Part shown: positions 48,245-62,865 of the stretch, piece after piece
Position numbering within the stretch: position 1 is the stretch's first letter
Layout: each line of letters opens with the position of its first letter
Assembly: GCA_051362555.1 (NCBI GenBank)
Contig: CM120646.1
Span: 2,728,001-2,792,000 of the forward strand
Reading direction: 5' to 3'
Origin: Lingula anatina
Lineage: Eukaryota; Animalia; Brachiopoda
Length of the DNA stretch: 64,000 bases
Made by a program: the position numbers and the translations under genes
Notes under the pieces: model-generated
The model's database searches: none
What the model saw: the letters and a program-made list of their open reading frames with translations, nothing else
Told to the model about the DNA's origin: nothing

Positions 48245-51200
48245 CTTTGTTTCACATTTGCTATTTTCGTTGCGGCTTGCCGGGCCCGTCCGACGGTTGC
48301 GCAATTTGACCAGAAATCCTCGTACGCTGAGTTCACAACGACGGGTAATGCGGAAACTCGGCGGCATTTCTACGTAACAAATAACGAGGTTCTGCCACAA
48401 CGCGCACTTAAGGATAACCGTGAGATAATGTGAGGCAGAGGCATATACGTCCAATTTTGAGGACTTGGCTCGAGATCAGGACACGAGATCGTGCACCGAT
48501 AACCGGACAAATGAGAGCACTTGCGTGCATTCCCCTACCCAAATAGTGGCCTCGTTTTTAGTCCATGAGCCAGACCCCTGATTTTCAGCCATTGGTACCA
48601 AAAAAGGGCCAAATTCTCATAGTGATTTTTAGTAAGGCCTATGTCTCTAGTGCCCAAATATGTGTGATAGCCTTCTCATACTGGTAGCTTTTTGGGTGCT
48701 ATCACACCTTATATAACCCCACCCCTGCAGCAGCAAGGACTTTTTCTAGATGGGGGTAGGGGAGAGAAAATGTTTACTATGTCTATATGGTAACAGGTAT
48801 ATCAATACATTGTATATACTTATGGAGGCAAGGGATGGGACAGTTTATTTCAAAAGTCATGAATGCATGACAATTAGTCAAGGGTCATCAATAATGGGTC
48901 AAAGGTCACAGGAGGTCATTTTTGGGGATTTTTCATAAATTAAAGCCAAAAAGTTTTTTAAAATCATTATTTAAGTAAGAATATGGTATTTGGTGAATGA
49001 TTTGTAAAGATGGTATAGTCTTATGATTATGAGCAAAGTTTGGAGCCTCAGCTGTCTTATTTCAGAAAATTATGTAAAAGAATGTGAACCTAATGACCAA
49101 AATATGCCATCTCTGAAAGTGGGGGTAGGGGAAAGAAAATCCTTGCTACATCAATCTGGATAGAGATATATCAATGCATTATATATTCTTATGGAGGTAA
49201 GGGATGGGACAATCAATTTCATAAATCATTTATGCAAGACAGTAAGTCAAGGGTCATTGATAATGGGTCAAAGGTCACAAGAGGTCATATTTTATGGATT
49301 TTTTATAAATTAAAACCAAAATCTTTTAAAAAATATTGTTTAGAGAAAGAAATTGGTATTTGGTGAATGATTTGTAGACATGGTATAGTTAAACACTCAT
49401 GAAAAAAATTTGGAGCCTCAACTGTTTTATTTAAAAAAATTATGTAACTAGTTAAATGTGAACCTTATGGTCATAGTTTGCCCTCTTTGCAAGTTGGAGT
49501 AGGAGAGAGAAAATGCTCGCTACATTAATATGGTGAAAGATATATCAATGCATTATATATCCTTATGGAGGAAAGGGATGGGACAATTAATTTCTAAAAT
49601 CATTTATGCATGGCAATAAGTCAAGGGTCATTGATAATGGGTCAGAGGTCACAAGAGGTCAAATTTTATGGATTTTTCATAAATTTAAACCAAATTCTTA
49701 AAAAAAATATTGTTTGAAAAAGAAATTGGTATTTGGTGAATGATTTATCTTTATGGTATAGCATCATACTTATGTAAAACACTTTGGAGCCTCAACAGTT
49801 TTATTTTAGAAAATTATGTAACTAGTTGAGTGTAGCCTAACAGTCAAAATTTGCCAACTTTAAAAGTGGGGGTAGGGGAGAGAAAGTGCTCATCATTTGA
49901 AGGCAGTAGAAGATACAGCAACAAAATGCACATATTTATGCAGCTTTGGAAAAGGACGTTTCATTTTTTTTTATTAAGACATGTAAACAAAGTCATGCTT
50001 CATTAGAAATAGGTCAATAGTGTCAGCTGAGGCCAAACTTCATCAACAATTTAAGCTTTTTCATAAATATGAACTTAAACACCATTAAAAGAGAACATTT
50101 TCGATTATAGAAATACTTTTGGGTATAACTAGATGCTGTGTGACTATTAAAGACTAGTTCATCGAGTCTGAGGCCCCTTCTTTAATTCTAAGATTTTTTT
50201 ATTTGCATATTATATAACTTCAATTCAAAATGGAAGTGAAAACTTTCTATTATAAGGAGCCAGGAAGTGAAATTTTACTTTCATTCAATTTGGAAGAAGT
50301 AAGATGCAAAGCTATTGTACCATAGCCTGTATCCAAAAGATGTTCATCAAGTTTACTTTTTTAAAGAGGGCACATTATCATGCATTAATGGGTCAGTGGT
50401 TGGTCAATGGTCAATGGTCACCCACACTCACTTTACAGCATAAAAATCTAAGCAATATCTGAAAATTTTAACATTTAGATGAAAACGTTTGGATGATTTA
50501 ATGGTGATACATATTTGTTATTTGCAAAACATATTTAGGGAAATAACTAAAATTTTATTTAATTAAAGCATACATAAAATTTTGAAATTTGTATGACTGT
50601 ATAATCAAAATTATGCTGTTCAACATCAGACTGTATCTGAGGTTCAGCAGTTAAAAGTGCCTGTCAATTCAGTGTACACAATGGATAGTTTTTCATCTAA
50701 GCAAAATGTAAAAATTGAAAGAACAGTTATTTCCAAAATAGCAATGCATGTTATGTAAGTCACTGTGTAAGTGAAAACATTGATTTGAAATAAGTAAAAA
50801 GTATAAAATCTTATCAGAAACTTAAACTTCTACAAGCAGTTTGGTTTTCACATTCTTTTTTCCAACTAATAAATGAACTTTAATTGGCAGATTTAGACGT
50901 CAAAACTTCTGTTACAGTATACACAGTAAGAAAGTGAATGTATTTCAAATCGGTTTAGAAAAGATTATTATATCAATAATTATTACCAGTATACTAGTAC
51001 CCAAGTACTGACTGGGCTGGCTCATGGATAAAACATTTTATCCAACTGATGGATAACTTTTAATTACTACATGTAATAGCTAAATTAGAATGTTCAACCA
51101 AATAATTGATTAATTTGACAAAACACATATAAACAATCAACATGATAATGTTATATGTGCTATGAAGCCTACTTCAATCTTTGATCAGCCTATGGTGTAC

Positions 51201-54200
51201 ATGGATAAATTCATATCACGGAGCAGGGTCCATGCCGAAAAATGATCTGCCTTCTTTCCACTTATTATTTAGTTCCTCTGCCATCCTATAAATCCTGTAA
51301 ATATTTGTTAGTGAATATGTGTGTAGTATTTGCAACCCGCCCTCCTCAAAAGATCAATAATAATAAATTAAATTATGACAATGTGAAAATTGATGCATCT
51401 AAGGACAATAAACATGCTTCTGTTTGACCTTAAATGCCACCTAGCCATAAATCTGTTGCCATTCTCAGGGGCGGATTTAGGCCGTCTTCTGGGTCTTCCG
51501 GAAGACGGTCAGATTTTCAAGTTTACATTGACGGGTATCTAATTTTTTCTGTCGGAAGACGGTCAAAAATAGAGGATGGATCAACAAATATAATTTGGAA
51601 GGCTCTCAGAAAATATCTCTGGATCCGCCCCTGATTCTGAAGAAATTTTGAGTATAATGTGTATGTGCCCCCTTAATAAAATTTTGACAATTTGGTGTAA
51701 GTTTAGAAATTTTACAGAATAATAGAATAGGATAATAGAATAGAATAATAGAATAGCCTATTGTGGACTTCACTGCGTTTTCTCTCAGGACTACCATACA
51801 TTCAGAACACAAACTACCCATCTTGAATCTGCAGATCTTGAATATAAATATGTATAGAAAGAAGAATAATATCTGCGAAATGTTCAATTTCACGAAAAGA
51901 CTGGGCAATATTTGGATACAGGTCTTTCAAAATATTAATTTCAACTAAATGGTACTTAAATTCCCTTGTTGTGGCATTGGTGGCATGGTTACAGGCATGA
52001 GGTGATTCAATTTTTAGGGTTTAAGATAGAATGAGGCTGAAGGAATTTTCATATCTGCTCTTCATACCGGATACCAGTCTGAATTTGTTTCCCTTTATCT
52101 CCTCCTGAGATCAGAATGAAGCAGGCTTAATTTTTTGTCTTTTTCAATGGACTATCTCATTATGATAAAAAAATTTAAAATCCATCAAAAATATAATCAA
52201 AAGACTAAGGTATGTTTCTGAATGCTAGTATTAAAAACAATACCTATTTCCCTTGATTATGGAATCAAAATAAACAGTGTGCGTAGGCTTTTTTTAGGAA
52301 AAGTAACCAAATGTGAATAAAATGTATGAAAAATGGGTATATACAGTCTCAAATTTTAATGCATTAGTCATAAATAATTATATTATATCAAGTTATCCCT
52401 AAATATAATACATTTAAACCCAAAAATAATATAAAAATGGTGTTAAGGTTTATATTTATAAGAAAGCTTAAAATTCGACCTGGGCTAACCTTTCGACCTT
52501 TTTCTAATGAGGCATGACTTTCTCTACAGGTGTCTTAATCAAGAAATTAAGGTCCTCTTCCAAAGCTGCATAAATATGTGCATTTTGTTGCTGTATCTTC
52601 TACTGCCTTCAAATGATGAGCACTTTCTCTCCCCTACCCCCACTTTCAAAGTTGGCAAATTTTGACTGTTAGGCTACACTCAACTAGTTACATAATTTTC
52701 TTAAAATAAAACTGTTGAGGCTCCAAAGTGTTTTACATAAGTATGATGCTATACCATAAACATAAATCATTCATCAAATACCAATTTCTTTTTCAAACAA
52801 TATTTTTTTAAAGAATTTGGTTTAAATTTATGAAAAATCCATAAAATTTGACCTCTTGTGACCTCTGACCCATTATCAATGACCCTTGACTTATTGCCAT
52901 GCATAAATGATTTTAGAAATTAATTGTCCCATCCCTTTCCTCCATAAGGATATATAATGCATTGATATATCTTTCACCATATTAATGTAGCGAGCATTTT
53001 CTCTCTCCTACTCCAACTTGCAAAGAGGGCAAACTATGACCATAAGGTTCACATTTAACTAGTTACATAATTTTTTTAAATAAAACAGTTGAGGCTCCAA
53101 ATTTTTTTCATGAGTGTTTAACTATACCATGTCTACAAATCATTCACCAAATACCAATTTCTTTCTCTAATCAATATTTTTTTAAAGATTTTGGTTTTGA
53201 TTCATAAAAAATCCATAAAATGTGACCTCTTGTGACCTTTGACCCATTATCAATGACCCTTGACTTACTGTCATGCATAAATGATTTATGAAATTGATTG
53301 TCCCATCCCTTACCTCCATAAGAATATATAATGCATTGATATATCTCTAACCAGATTGATGTAGCAAGGATTTTCTTTCCCCTACCCCCACTTTCAGAGA
53401 TGGCATATTTTGGTCATTAGGTTCACATTCTTTAACATAATTTTCTGAAATAAGACAGCTGAGGCTCCAAACTTTGCTCATAAGCATAAGACTATACCAT
53501 CTTTACAAATCATTCACGAAATACCATATTCTTACTTAAATAATGATTTTAAAAAAACTTTTTGGCTTTAATTTATGAAAAATCCCCAAAAATGACCTCC
53601 TGTGACCTTTGACCCATTATCAATGACCCTTGACTAATTGTCATGCATTCATGACTTTTGAAATAAACTGTCCCATCCCTTGCCTCCATAAGTATATACA
53701 ATGTATTGATATACCTGTTACCATATAGATATAGTAAGCATTTTCTCTCCCCTACCCCCATCTAGAAAAAGTCCTTGCTGCTGCAGGGGTGGGGTTATAT
53801 AAGGTGTGATAGCACCCAAAAAGCTACCAGTATGAGAAGGCTATCACACATATTTGGGCATTAGAGACATAGGCCTTACTAAAAATCACTATGAGAATTT
53901 GGCCCTTTTTTGGTACCAAAAAAATGTCTGGCTCATGGACTATTTCATTGATTGTAGTGACTGTGCAAATAACTTAATAACTTAAAGGCGAGGCTCTTAT
54001 AAAGCTGTTTGTCATAGTGACACGAGAAGGTTACAGACAGAAAAATATTCGATTAAATTGACCATAAAAAACGTCTCAAATTCATATTTTATGCCAATAG
54101 ACTTGCACCCGAAACAAATCATGGTTTAGTTCCAAAACTTTATTATTTTGTTGAACATGAAATTAAAAATCACGCACACACACAAACACACCCACATACG

Positions 54201-54424
54201 CACACAAACACACACACACACACTGTGCAGCCTTCGCCTGTTTGATATAATATATATAATACATGATGGACTATTATTGTAATTAAGTACAGAAAAATCT
54301 TACTTGTGTCTTCTTCCCCCGTACAATGCTACATATTGATCGTGGTCCATCACCATATCTAACTCAGCTAACACGGTACCGTCACCAGTGATAACATCCT
54401 GAGGAGCTGAAAATAAGTTATTAA

Positions 54425-54475
<51 letters not shown>

Positions 54476-57365
54476 AACCATAATAATTTTGTGATTTATC
54501 ACAAAACCTAGCCATCTATTTTTTTATTTCTGAGCATTTTGATTTTTAAACTAAAAAGGTGAGTGGGGTGGTGATGGTTGTGATAATGGGGATCTTTGGG
54601 GGGGGGGGGGTAATTCGGCCTCAGTTGAAGGAGGGGTACCCTTGGTGGTTAAAGTGCATCACTATCAGTTTTAAAGATATCTGTTTGAAGCTTTAAAGCA
54701 ATAAATTAAATAAACATCAAAAACAGGACTGTGAGAATCGTTAGGGACACATTTTCGAAGAAAGCCGCTTGGAAAATTACTTTACTATTGATCATACAGA
54801 AAAAGAAAACAGATTACGTAATTGAAAACTCAAAATGTCACTATTAGTTTTAAAAAACTAACAAAAAAGAGAAAAAATTGCACATGCTTACTTTGATAAT
54901 ACTTGAGTCCTCCTAATTGTTCGAGAATAATCTGATCTATGGATTTATCCGTGAAGGGCTCCGTGGTATCCACTTGGAGTTTCTCTGGGGGCGGACTCAG
55001 GAGGCGTTCGGGGCTCTTCATCGGGGGTTGTCGTGGCTCAGGGTTCATGAGCAGCGCTATGGGCCCAGAGCTGGGGGGACCGGCAGGGGGAGGGCTGGGG
55101 GGATGAGGGGCCTCCATTAAGGCGGCAGCCTCCGTGCCTGGGCGTCCTGGGCGAAGGTTCGGAGCCGGCGGACCTGCTGGAGCACGGGGTCTTGCGGCTG
55201 CGGAGTAATAACCAAGGCGTGGAGCTGGAGGGCGTGGATCCTGGGCCGGACCCTGCGCTCTGCCTTCGGGGAGGTCCGTGGGGGGACCGCTAGGGGGTAG
55301 GGGTTGTCCCCCAGGGGGGTGTGCTCCTTGCCTCAAGTTTTGGGGTAGTATTCCCGACGGTGGCTGAGCCCCGTTGTCTCTCGCTACTCTCAGCAAAGAT
55401 GGAGAGAGGGAGCGAGGATTTTGGTAATGAGGGACGCTTTTAGAAAGCACCTGTAGAAAGAGAAAAAATATTTATATTTTATCACAGTAGGTAAAAGAAA
55501 GAGGAGAAAAAAAATCACAAAAACAACAATAAAAAAAGTTATTTATGTCAGAAACATGCTACCAATTGCAAGTGAAATAGAGATATCAGTCATTTGACAG
55601 TTCGACCGCAGACCGCAGTGGTAAACCACCGCCGTGTAGGTGGCGCTGGGACATAATAAGAATGACAAGCTGCTCCGGGGAGAAATTGAGTCAGACATGA
55701 CTTTTTTTTTATCATATCAGCACCTATAGGTATCATTAAAATAGGACACAATATCTAAATATATATATATGTAGGATCCAGCAATTTGCTGCGATGACTT
55801 ATGTGTTATCTCTACCAGAAATGCGTTTTGATAATTTTGTTGAATCACTGAGCAAACTATGACTTTTTTACCACAGGTAATATGTAATGGCATTTTATTC
55901 ACACTTTCGTATTCTAAAGAGAGGGGACCCGGGGTTTCTGACCCAGCTCTAAATTGAGTTGAAAGTCTAAAATCCTGTTGTCCAATAGCAGTTTTTATTC
56001 AAACTTCTGTTTTGAAGCGCATGAAGCGATCAAGATGATTTTTTGTGATACTAATTCAATATACCAGAGAATAAAATAAATGAGGGGAGGGTGACGTTAT
56101 ACGGTGAAAACAATCATGAATGACAAAGGTCGTTTGGTAGGAGACAAGAACGGTATTTTATTGCGCACTGAAGGTACCGGTATAATAAGGTGTTAAACCC
56201 AATGATTATAAATGATAGACTTTGATTGGTATAAAGCGGGAAGATTTTTTTATGTCTAACTCGGAGATCTTAAAATGCCGTTGGTATAAGGCTATAGAAA
56301 TCTTAGGTCACAAAATGAGTTGAAAATGGCGTCATCCTTTCTGTCTGGTCGGCCTCGACTGGGGGAGTTTAACCCCGTAAATGACTCCAAGCAAAAGAGT
56401 GGAACCGCAGAGTAAGGGACAATAGGAAAATGTATACCCCAACCGGTTAAATCTCCACAAAGAACCCACTTTGACTTCAACAGCCAACAAATCCTACCTA
56501 TCTTTATTGACACAAAAGTGTTTGCGCGAGGTTTTTGTAATTTAAGTGCATGTATCTTATTCCTAATTTAGTCTAGTATTGTTGAACGCTACGCAGTGGC
56601 ATGGAGGCCATGCAAATACGTCGGGAGAGAATGCATCCGTACTTTTGTGGAAGACACGGAATTTTCAGTTGATAAGAAAACACAGACAAAACCATCTCCC
56701 CCTTTAACGCGTGGCTCAGTGGGAAAATAAAGACCAAGTTACACTTTTTGGATATTTTCCTATATTATTTTCTCTAAAATATGCCTAACACGAAAAACGT
56801 AAAATCATTCGTTTTAGTTCTTAATTTGATGTTTTCCACACAACGTATGGATATTAAAAGCGTAAAAAAATAATCACGCATAATTTTGTTTTTTATACCC
56901 CTGGACAAAAGAAACCATCCACCGCGGCTGTGTCCACAATAAGGTAGTACAGCTAGATATTTTCATGTTGCCCCCCTCCTTTAAAAAAAAAGTATGTTGG
57001 TTTTCAACGTAATAGGTTGAACTGGTGCAAAAACAAAGTTGCGGTTACGGCATAAACTTTTTTGTTTCTGTACTTCTTTTATTACAATTCAGCAACATGT
57101 GAGCTATTGTGAGTCATATTTCTAAGCGACATATTATAATAGCTGGGACAGTAACAGTCTATTTCCGAAGTTTTCGACAAAAGAAATTCTACTGTCGACA
57201 CTGACTTATGTATTAGTGCTATATTGGTGAACTAAAACCAGATGAATAAATCAAAATAAATTATATTTAATCGTTCATTTTAATATATGTTTGAAATAAT
57301 AGTAAAGCTTTATAAGTACTTACCGATGTCAGCAAACACAGCGCCGTCAAAACAGAAAGGGACAT
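36774..57365 (-). CDS. Astacin (M12A) metalloprotease with EGF-like and 17 ShK domains, about 1380 aa, 18 exons (57365-57324, 55450-54892, 54406-54304, 46269-46166, 44785-44665, 44167-44098, 43804-43601, 43145-43010, 42740-42615, 42153-41998, 41461-41122, 40897-40713, 40234-40122, 39857-38867, 38645-38468, 38137-37767, 37516-37400, 37000-36774)
   Basis: Signal peptide, Pro-rich prodomain, ELDM prodomain motif, furin sites RHKR and REKR, zinc motif HEIGHAMGFFHEHQMPDRD, Met-turn SIMHY, repeated C..C..WA..GEC..NP.WM..NC.K.C..C; junctions in phase (4143 nt). Confidence 0.9.
40460..40577 (+). mobile_element. 3' tail fragment of an RTE-clade LINE
   Basis: Encodes AQDRKQWKSML then (shifted frame) EAFVQQWNTIGS, followed by a (TGA)n tail typical of RTE 3' ends. 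Confidence 0.6.
41566..41657. mobile_element. Miniature palindromic element
   Basis: TATCCCAGAAAACACAGAACGTTATTAT ... ATAATAACGTTCTGCGTTTGCTGGGATA. Confidence 0.65.
48559..53942. mobile_element. 5.4-kb non-coding foldback DNA transposon with about 1.4-kb TIRs (Academ-like termini)
   Basis: Termini TAGTCCATGAGCCAGAC and GTCTGGCTCATGGACTA; TTT on both flanks; 48592-49957 is the near-perfect reverse complement of 52552-53918; arms made of about 372-bp subrepeats. Confidence 0.85.
51466..51633. mobile_element. Small MITE nested in the large element
   Basis: CAGGGGCGGATTTAG ... CTGGATCCGCCCCTG inverted ends; ATTCT on both flanks. Confidence 0.65.
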
Positions 57366-57648
57366 GGTTGGTTTTCCGTTCTTCTTCGCAATTTTGTTGG
57401 GATATTTAATATTTTCAATTCAACAACTTGTTAATCAATCTTGTGGGTTTTTTCCTAAAAACGAGCTATTTTGTTGCCAGATTGACCCTATGTATTCATG
57501 TAGCACACTCAACGTTCCTTTTGTCCAATTTCGATAAGAGTTTTAAAAAATGTTTTGTCTGTGTTCGCTGCTCAGGTGTAGTAACCCCCCTACAGCCGTC
57601 TCCTTCTCTGCTGGTACAACACTGTGACAGACTGTTCCGCGTGTCTCG

Positions 57649-57656
57649 TTTATATA
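57649..57656 (-). promoter_or_regulatory. Candidate TATA box of the astacin gene
   Basis: GGGTATATAAACG on the minus strand about 285 bp upstream of the ATG. Confidence 0.4.
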
Positions 57657-60600
57657 CCCGACCCTCGGTGTTGACTTGATTTCCCTACCTGTTTGCGGGG
57701 TAGGATGACAGAATCTATAAATTGATAATAAAAACAGCTTTGCCTTCACGGTTGCTTGCTTTTAGTTAGGGCCTAATCTGGCTTGACGTGAGATGTTTAG
57801 TGATGAGTTTTGTGTACAGCTTATATTTATATATATAAGGGGTCGACTACCTGGTGTTTAGAAAGGTGACTCGTTTTTTGGGGGGAGAGCGGAGGGAAGT
57901 GGTCAGTTATCTGTTGATATTGTTGTGGTTTATTTAAACAGGGCCGGAGATGTACCCGGATAGCAAAAAACAAAAACGAGACAATGATGCGGAGGACGCA
58001 GAATAGACTAGCCGAGAAAAATCAGTTTTCCTGCGACATTTTGGTTTTGCCAAATACCTGCCTGGGGTCATAAAGAACGATATTTATGATTGGGGAAGAA
58101 TGTGACTCACCTCTGTGCGTACCGGAAGTGCGTGTATTTACACAATCAGATAGAGCGTGGACGTTGGATCAGGGTGGACATTGTTTGGACGTTTTGTCAT
58201 ATAAGCTTATGTAGAAGGGGCAAAATATTTGTTCAAAAAATAACAACATAACATACATACAACATGATAGCTTGTGTGTGGGAGAAAGTACGTAATATAT
58301 CAGACGAGTGCATCTTGGCGATTCTTTAGGGGGAGACTTATTTCTTCATTTTGATATATTTGTGACCTTATCACTTTCGCCCATTAAAAGTTGAAATAGA
58401 TAAGAAATAATAAAGAATAATCCGTTCGACGTTCTTCTGGGATTGTTGTGGTTTATGCATGTTTATCTAAACCTACCTTCTCTCGCTTGATTAATTCGGA
58501 CTATTGGGTCGCTCAACTATCGTGGTCAACCTTCCCTATTTCGCGAAATGGGCATTTCTAATGTACTGTTTTCTTCACATTCTTTGTTTTCTTTATTATC
58601 TCTGTTAATCCACGACAATTTTTACACTCAGCCCCACCCTGCTTTCCCATACTAAAGGTGAACGAGGGCAGCAAGCAGAGGACACGGAAAGACGCACCGA
58701 GGAAGGACATTGCATGGAGAGCACTACATACCCTCTACCAGGGCCACAGATTGATTTTTTCATTAGATATTCACAGATATGTCTCTGGCTAATTCACGAC
58801 ACAATTCTCTGCTGGAGAAAAAGGGAGAATAATATAGTTAATCTGCAGTCCTGGTAGAGGGTACGTAGTAGGCAGGAGCATGGAAAGTGCATGTATGAGA
58901 AGGGAGAGTGGAAAGTCCTGTGCCTTGTCTGCAGGACTAAGACCACGCATTTATTTACCCTCCCCTCCCCCCCTCCCCCCCCCCCCCCCCCCACCCACCC
59001 ACCCACCCACCATCCTCTATCTCATCAGATCATCACCACCATTCTGGTGGACACGCTATGATGACAAGACAGGGAAGTACACGACATTGACCATTACTAA
59101 TACGGGTGACTGGGCACTATTTCCCCGTACTACTAAACACCTGTTGCACACGATATTTCTTCAATGAAAAAGAAGACAGAATAAATATAATAAAATTATC
59201 GACCTCAGAAATGCGCGTTCTTTTATTATGCAAAGTTAGCCGTGGCATAATGCTCAAGCATACATTGTATATTGTAAATTTCCTTGAGAATATTACTGCA
59301 GCAGGAAAAGCATGTATTTTAACATTAATGAATGGATCACATACAGAGCATTAAATCTGCGTTTTTCACTGATGGGGGGAGGTGGGGGGGAGGCTAAATC
59401 AGTCTTACAAATTTATAAAAAAAGAAGGATATAGGAAAGGAAGTTGTGATTGTTTTGCTTATCGAGGTCCTTTTTTATTTCAAAAGTAAAAAACTCCCCA
59501 CATCCCGTGCATGAAGCTGTGGTGAGCGCGTTTTACTTTTTCCCTGCCTTATCTTTCCTCTAGAAGTAGTCCAAGGACTAATCAACTTGAACTTGTGACC
59601 GTTATCAATTACTAATTTCCACGTTGACGTCAAGGTTGGGACACAAGTCACCATTGCCTGGACGTCCATGCCCATATTAGGTTAAGATCAAAGAAATCGG
59701 TGCTATAGATTTAAGACAATTAAACATGAGTGAAATCGTGGACACTAAATGATGTCACAGTCGTTTAACTGGCACGCGCACGTTTCGCGATCTTATCCCA
59801 GAGACGCACAGGCGTCAGCGCTGTGTCCGAAACCACTTTAAAACTTGTCCGATAAAGGAAAATGTAAATATACACTTAGCTCAAAATTGGTGTCTCATTT
59901 GAGATAGGACCTGAGTAGCAGATTTCCGCTTCTATAATTTGATGATAAGTGATGATTTTTTGATAGATTACAGGAAGGAGATGAACGTGTGTGCGGATAC
60001 GCTTTACGGGTTCTTTGTAGTTTGTTTGTGAGTCATGCAGGCACTGATTCAGTTCTGCCCGGGCAGTTTTATCTATTCACCAGTGGACACAATGCATGAC
60101 CAGCACGTCTAGACCGTGACGGTCAAGCGTTGAAAGTGGGTCAAAGCGTCGGTGGACTGTCGCTGACTGACCGGTCGCTGAGAGTCACACACTTGTACTT
60201 AATTAATGCATTGTCAGTAGACTCTGACTGTATTTTTGGCTAGTCACGTAGAGATAAAGAATTAGTAACAAGCAGATATTATCAGCAATAAAATTCGAAT
60301 GTGAAGCAAAAATTATCAGAACAAGAAATACAACCCATTGCATATATTGCCTAATGCAAACAGATATTAAACCCTAGCGATGCAGTTCATCTCTCGTGCT
60401 TTAACCGTCCTTTTTTTTTACCTAGACTATGATTGTAAATGGCGTCTTTTAAAAATCTAATTTCTTAAATTCAATTCCCGATTAGTTTTGAAATCATTAT
60501 CTCGCCTTTTAAATAAACAGAATGCGCCCCCATTTTCCAAGCCGGCCTCTACAAAACGTGCACTACCCCCCCCCCCCCCCCCCTCCAATAACGCCCTGCC

Positions 60601-62865
60601 GTCTGCCTAGAGCAGTTGACCGACATCTGTCTCCCCACCCCCACATTTTGCCCTTAGGTTTTTCACCTTGTTTTCTTCCACCTTCTCTTCCCCATTTCTT
60701 TATTTTTTTGATCATGTTGAACCGGAACATACACAACAATACAAGACCGTAACCCGTCCGCGCGCTTTCTTTGCCCTGTGCACACATCACAATAATACTG
60801 TTGATGTTTGAGAGGTGAATGGGGGATTCGGTTCAATATCTCGGGTGACGCGGCTATTCTCAAAATACGCCTTCGCAGAATACAGGACGTTTCTTGATAT
60901 CGGATAAACTGGCGGGCCGGTCCAATTTGTTTGGCCCAATTTTTGGAGTTACACAAGAACGCGCTTGCAGTTGTCGTGAAACGGTTGCAGGACGCGTACG
61001 GTGACATTTCTTGGACGCGTTTGGCAAACATACGTACCCCGACGTCTTACGGTTGAGGTGGCACGTTTTGTTGTTAATTCAATGAAGAAAATAAGCGTAG
61101 AAAGTATTGACTGAAAAATTTAACGCATGTAAAGATTAAATACTATTGTTGATTGTGGTTAATCTGAAGTTATATGAGCAAAGTTATAAGGTTATTAGTT
61201 ATGCGGAGGCAGAACAATAATAAAGATGACAACCTTTTATGTCATTTTTTTTCCAAATAAAAAACGGGTGTAGCCAGAAATATCAGATAGCCACACAAAA
61301 TCGACGCACCAACGAGTGTGCAAATGCACGTTTGTGTGCGTGCGAGAGCGATATTTCCGATTTTACCACAGAAAAAAAAACTTACCAGCTGTTTTCCCAC
61401 AATTACGCAAGGCACGCGGTAACAAGAAAACGCACTAGGCTGTGACCGACTTCCTAAAGCCCGTTCTTGACAAAAGACAAAAATAAGGACAGCGAATTTC
61501 ATAAAATGTGTCACGGGCGGCTCTTCTTTAAACAACATTGTGGTTGTAACAAAACTGATAATTATCAATACCAAGATCGAGGCAGAAAATTACCTTTTTG
61601 AATAAATAACCAAGTAACAAGTATACTTTTACAGGAACGGAACGTCTGCAACCAATCAGGCGTTATAATATAAGAATTTTCGGTTTAATTCTTTTCTTTT
61701 CGAGAATAAAAAAGAAACACTGCCATGTCCTTAAAACAGGAGTTTGGGAAAGGCTTTGGCCTTATGGGGCGAGTGAAATAATGCACCTAAAATGACACAA
61801 GAAATGTCGTTGAGTGCATTTAAAGGACTAAAGCGCCCATCCTGTTCTAAGTATTATACAGACCGGGTTCTTCACCGCGATAGCAAGGATCCGACTTTGA
61901 ATAGCCCAGTAAGGTCTTTGTTTATGCAATACCGTGTAACTGTGTGTAATGCAATCATTTTCTTAATGCATTTCAGTTTTTATGTTTAAAATATTTACAT
62001 TAATTTCATCCCCCCCTTTTATTTCTTACTGTATAACTCATTGCCATCTATCAACGTCGAGTTTCTGCTTAATCTTAGATTTTTTTCATATAATTCACAC
62101 AATTTACATTTGGTTTGAGACGCAGGATGTATAAATCAATTCATGTAAAAAGCATAGCATTTTGTAACTGAACATCATAATACTATCCAGATATCTATTA
62201 TTAAAATGTTTTATTTTCTAAAAGTAATACACGTTTCTTATGGCCACGCGTCCCTATAACGAATTTTATATAATATTCTTTATTAGAAAAGTTACTGTCT
62301 TCTCTACATACAGACCTAAGCAACAGAAAAATGTACATGGATTGGACGTTGCAAGTCCTTACAATTTACACAAGTGAGACCAATGTCGAACCCAGTATGC
62401 AGTTCGGCAATTAATGAATTAATTAAATAATGGTAAGAAACTGCTCTTTTAAAACCTGAACAGTGAGAAAGTCATTTCAAGATCCTACTCACTCTTCTTC
62501 AAATGACCTAGGCCAATCCTTCATACGTGGTATATGTAAACAATATCTTCATTGTCAAAAATAAATATATCATAACAATAATAATCTTCCAAAGCAACAG
62601 TACGGATTGCTTCATCAAAACCTTTACATGCAACGTTCCCATGGTTTAGTCTCAGGTTGTCATGGGAAAATAACTTAGCGTGACCCCGTTGCCATGGAGA
62701 TGACCTTAAAAAATCCTCTCTCACGTGTCAGCTATGGTCACGTCAGTATGTCAATATTTTTCTCTGCTTATTTGTCCTGTTTGTTGAGCTTAATTCCGTA
62801 ACAGCAGGACTACATCACGTTTACCAAGTTCTTCAAGTTGTTTTCTCTCTAATTCAGCTGCCAGT

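Noticed and set aside
47915-48454. Cluster of overlapping ORFs up to 172 aa
   Set aside because: Produced by (CT)n, (GT)n, (CG)n and (CA)n microsatellites
48750-53761. Twin 62-aa ORFs MGVGERKCLL on opposite strands
   Set aside because: By-product of the inverted arms; the frame is not kept in the other subrepeats
57700-62400. Short ORFs and CpG-rich patches between astacin and the eIF4B-like gene
   Set aside because: No domain motifs, consistent splice chain or repeat structure found
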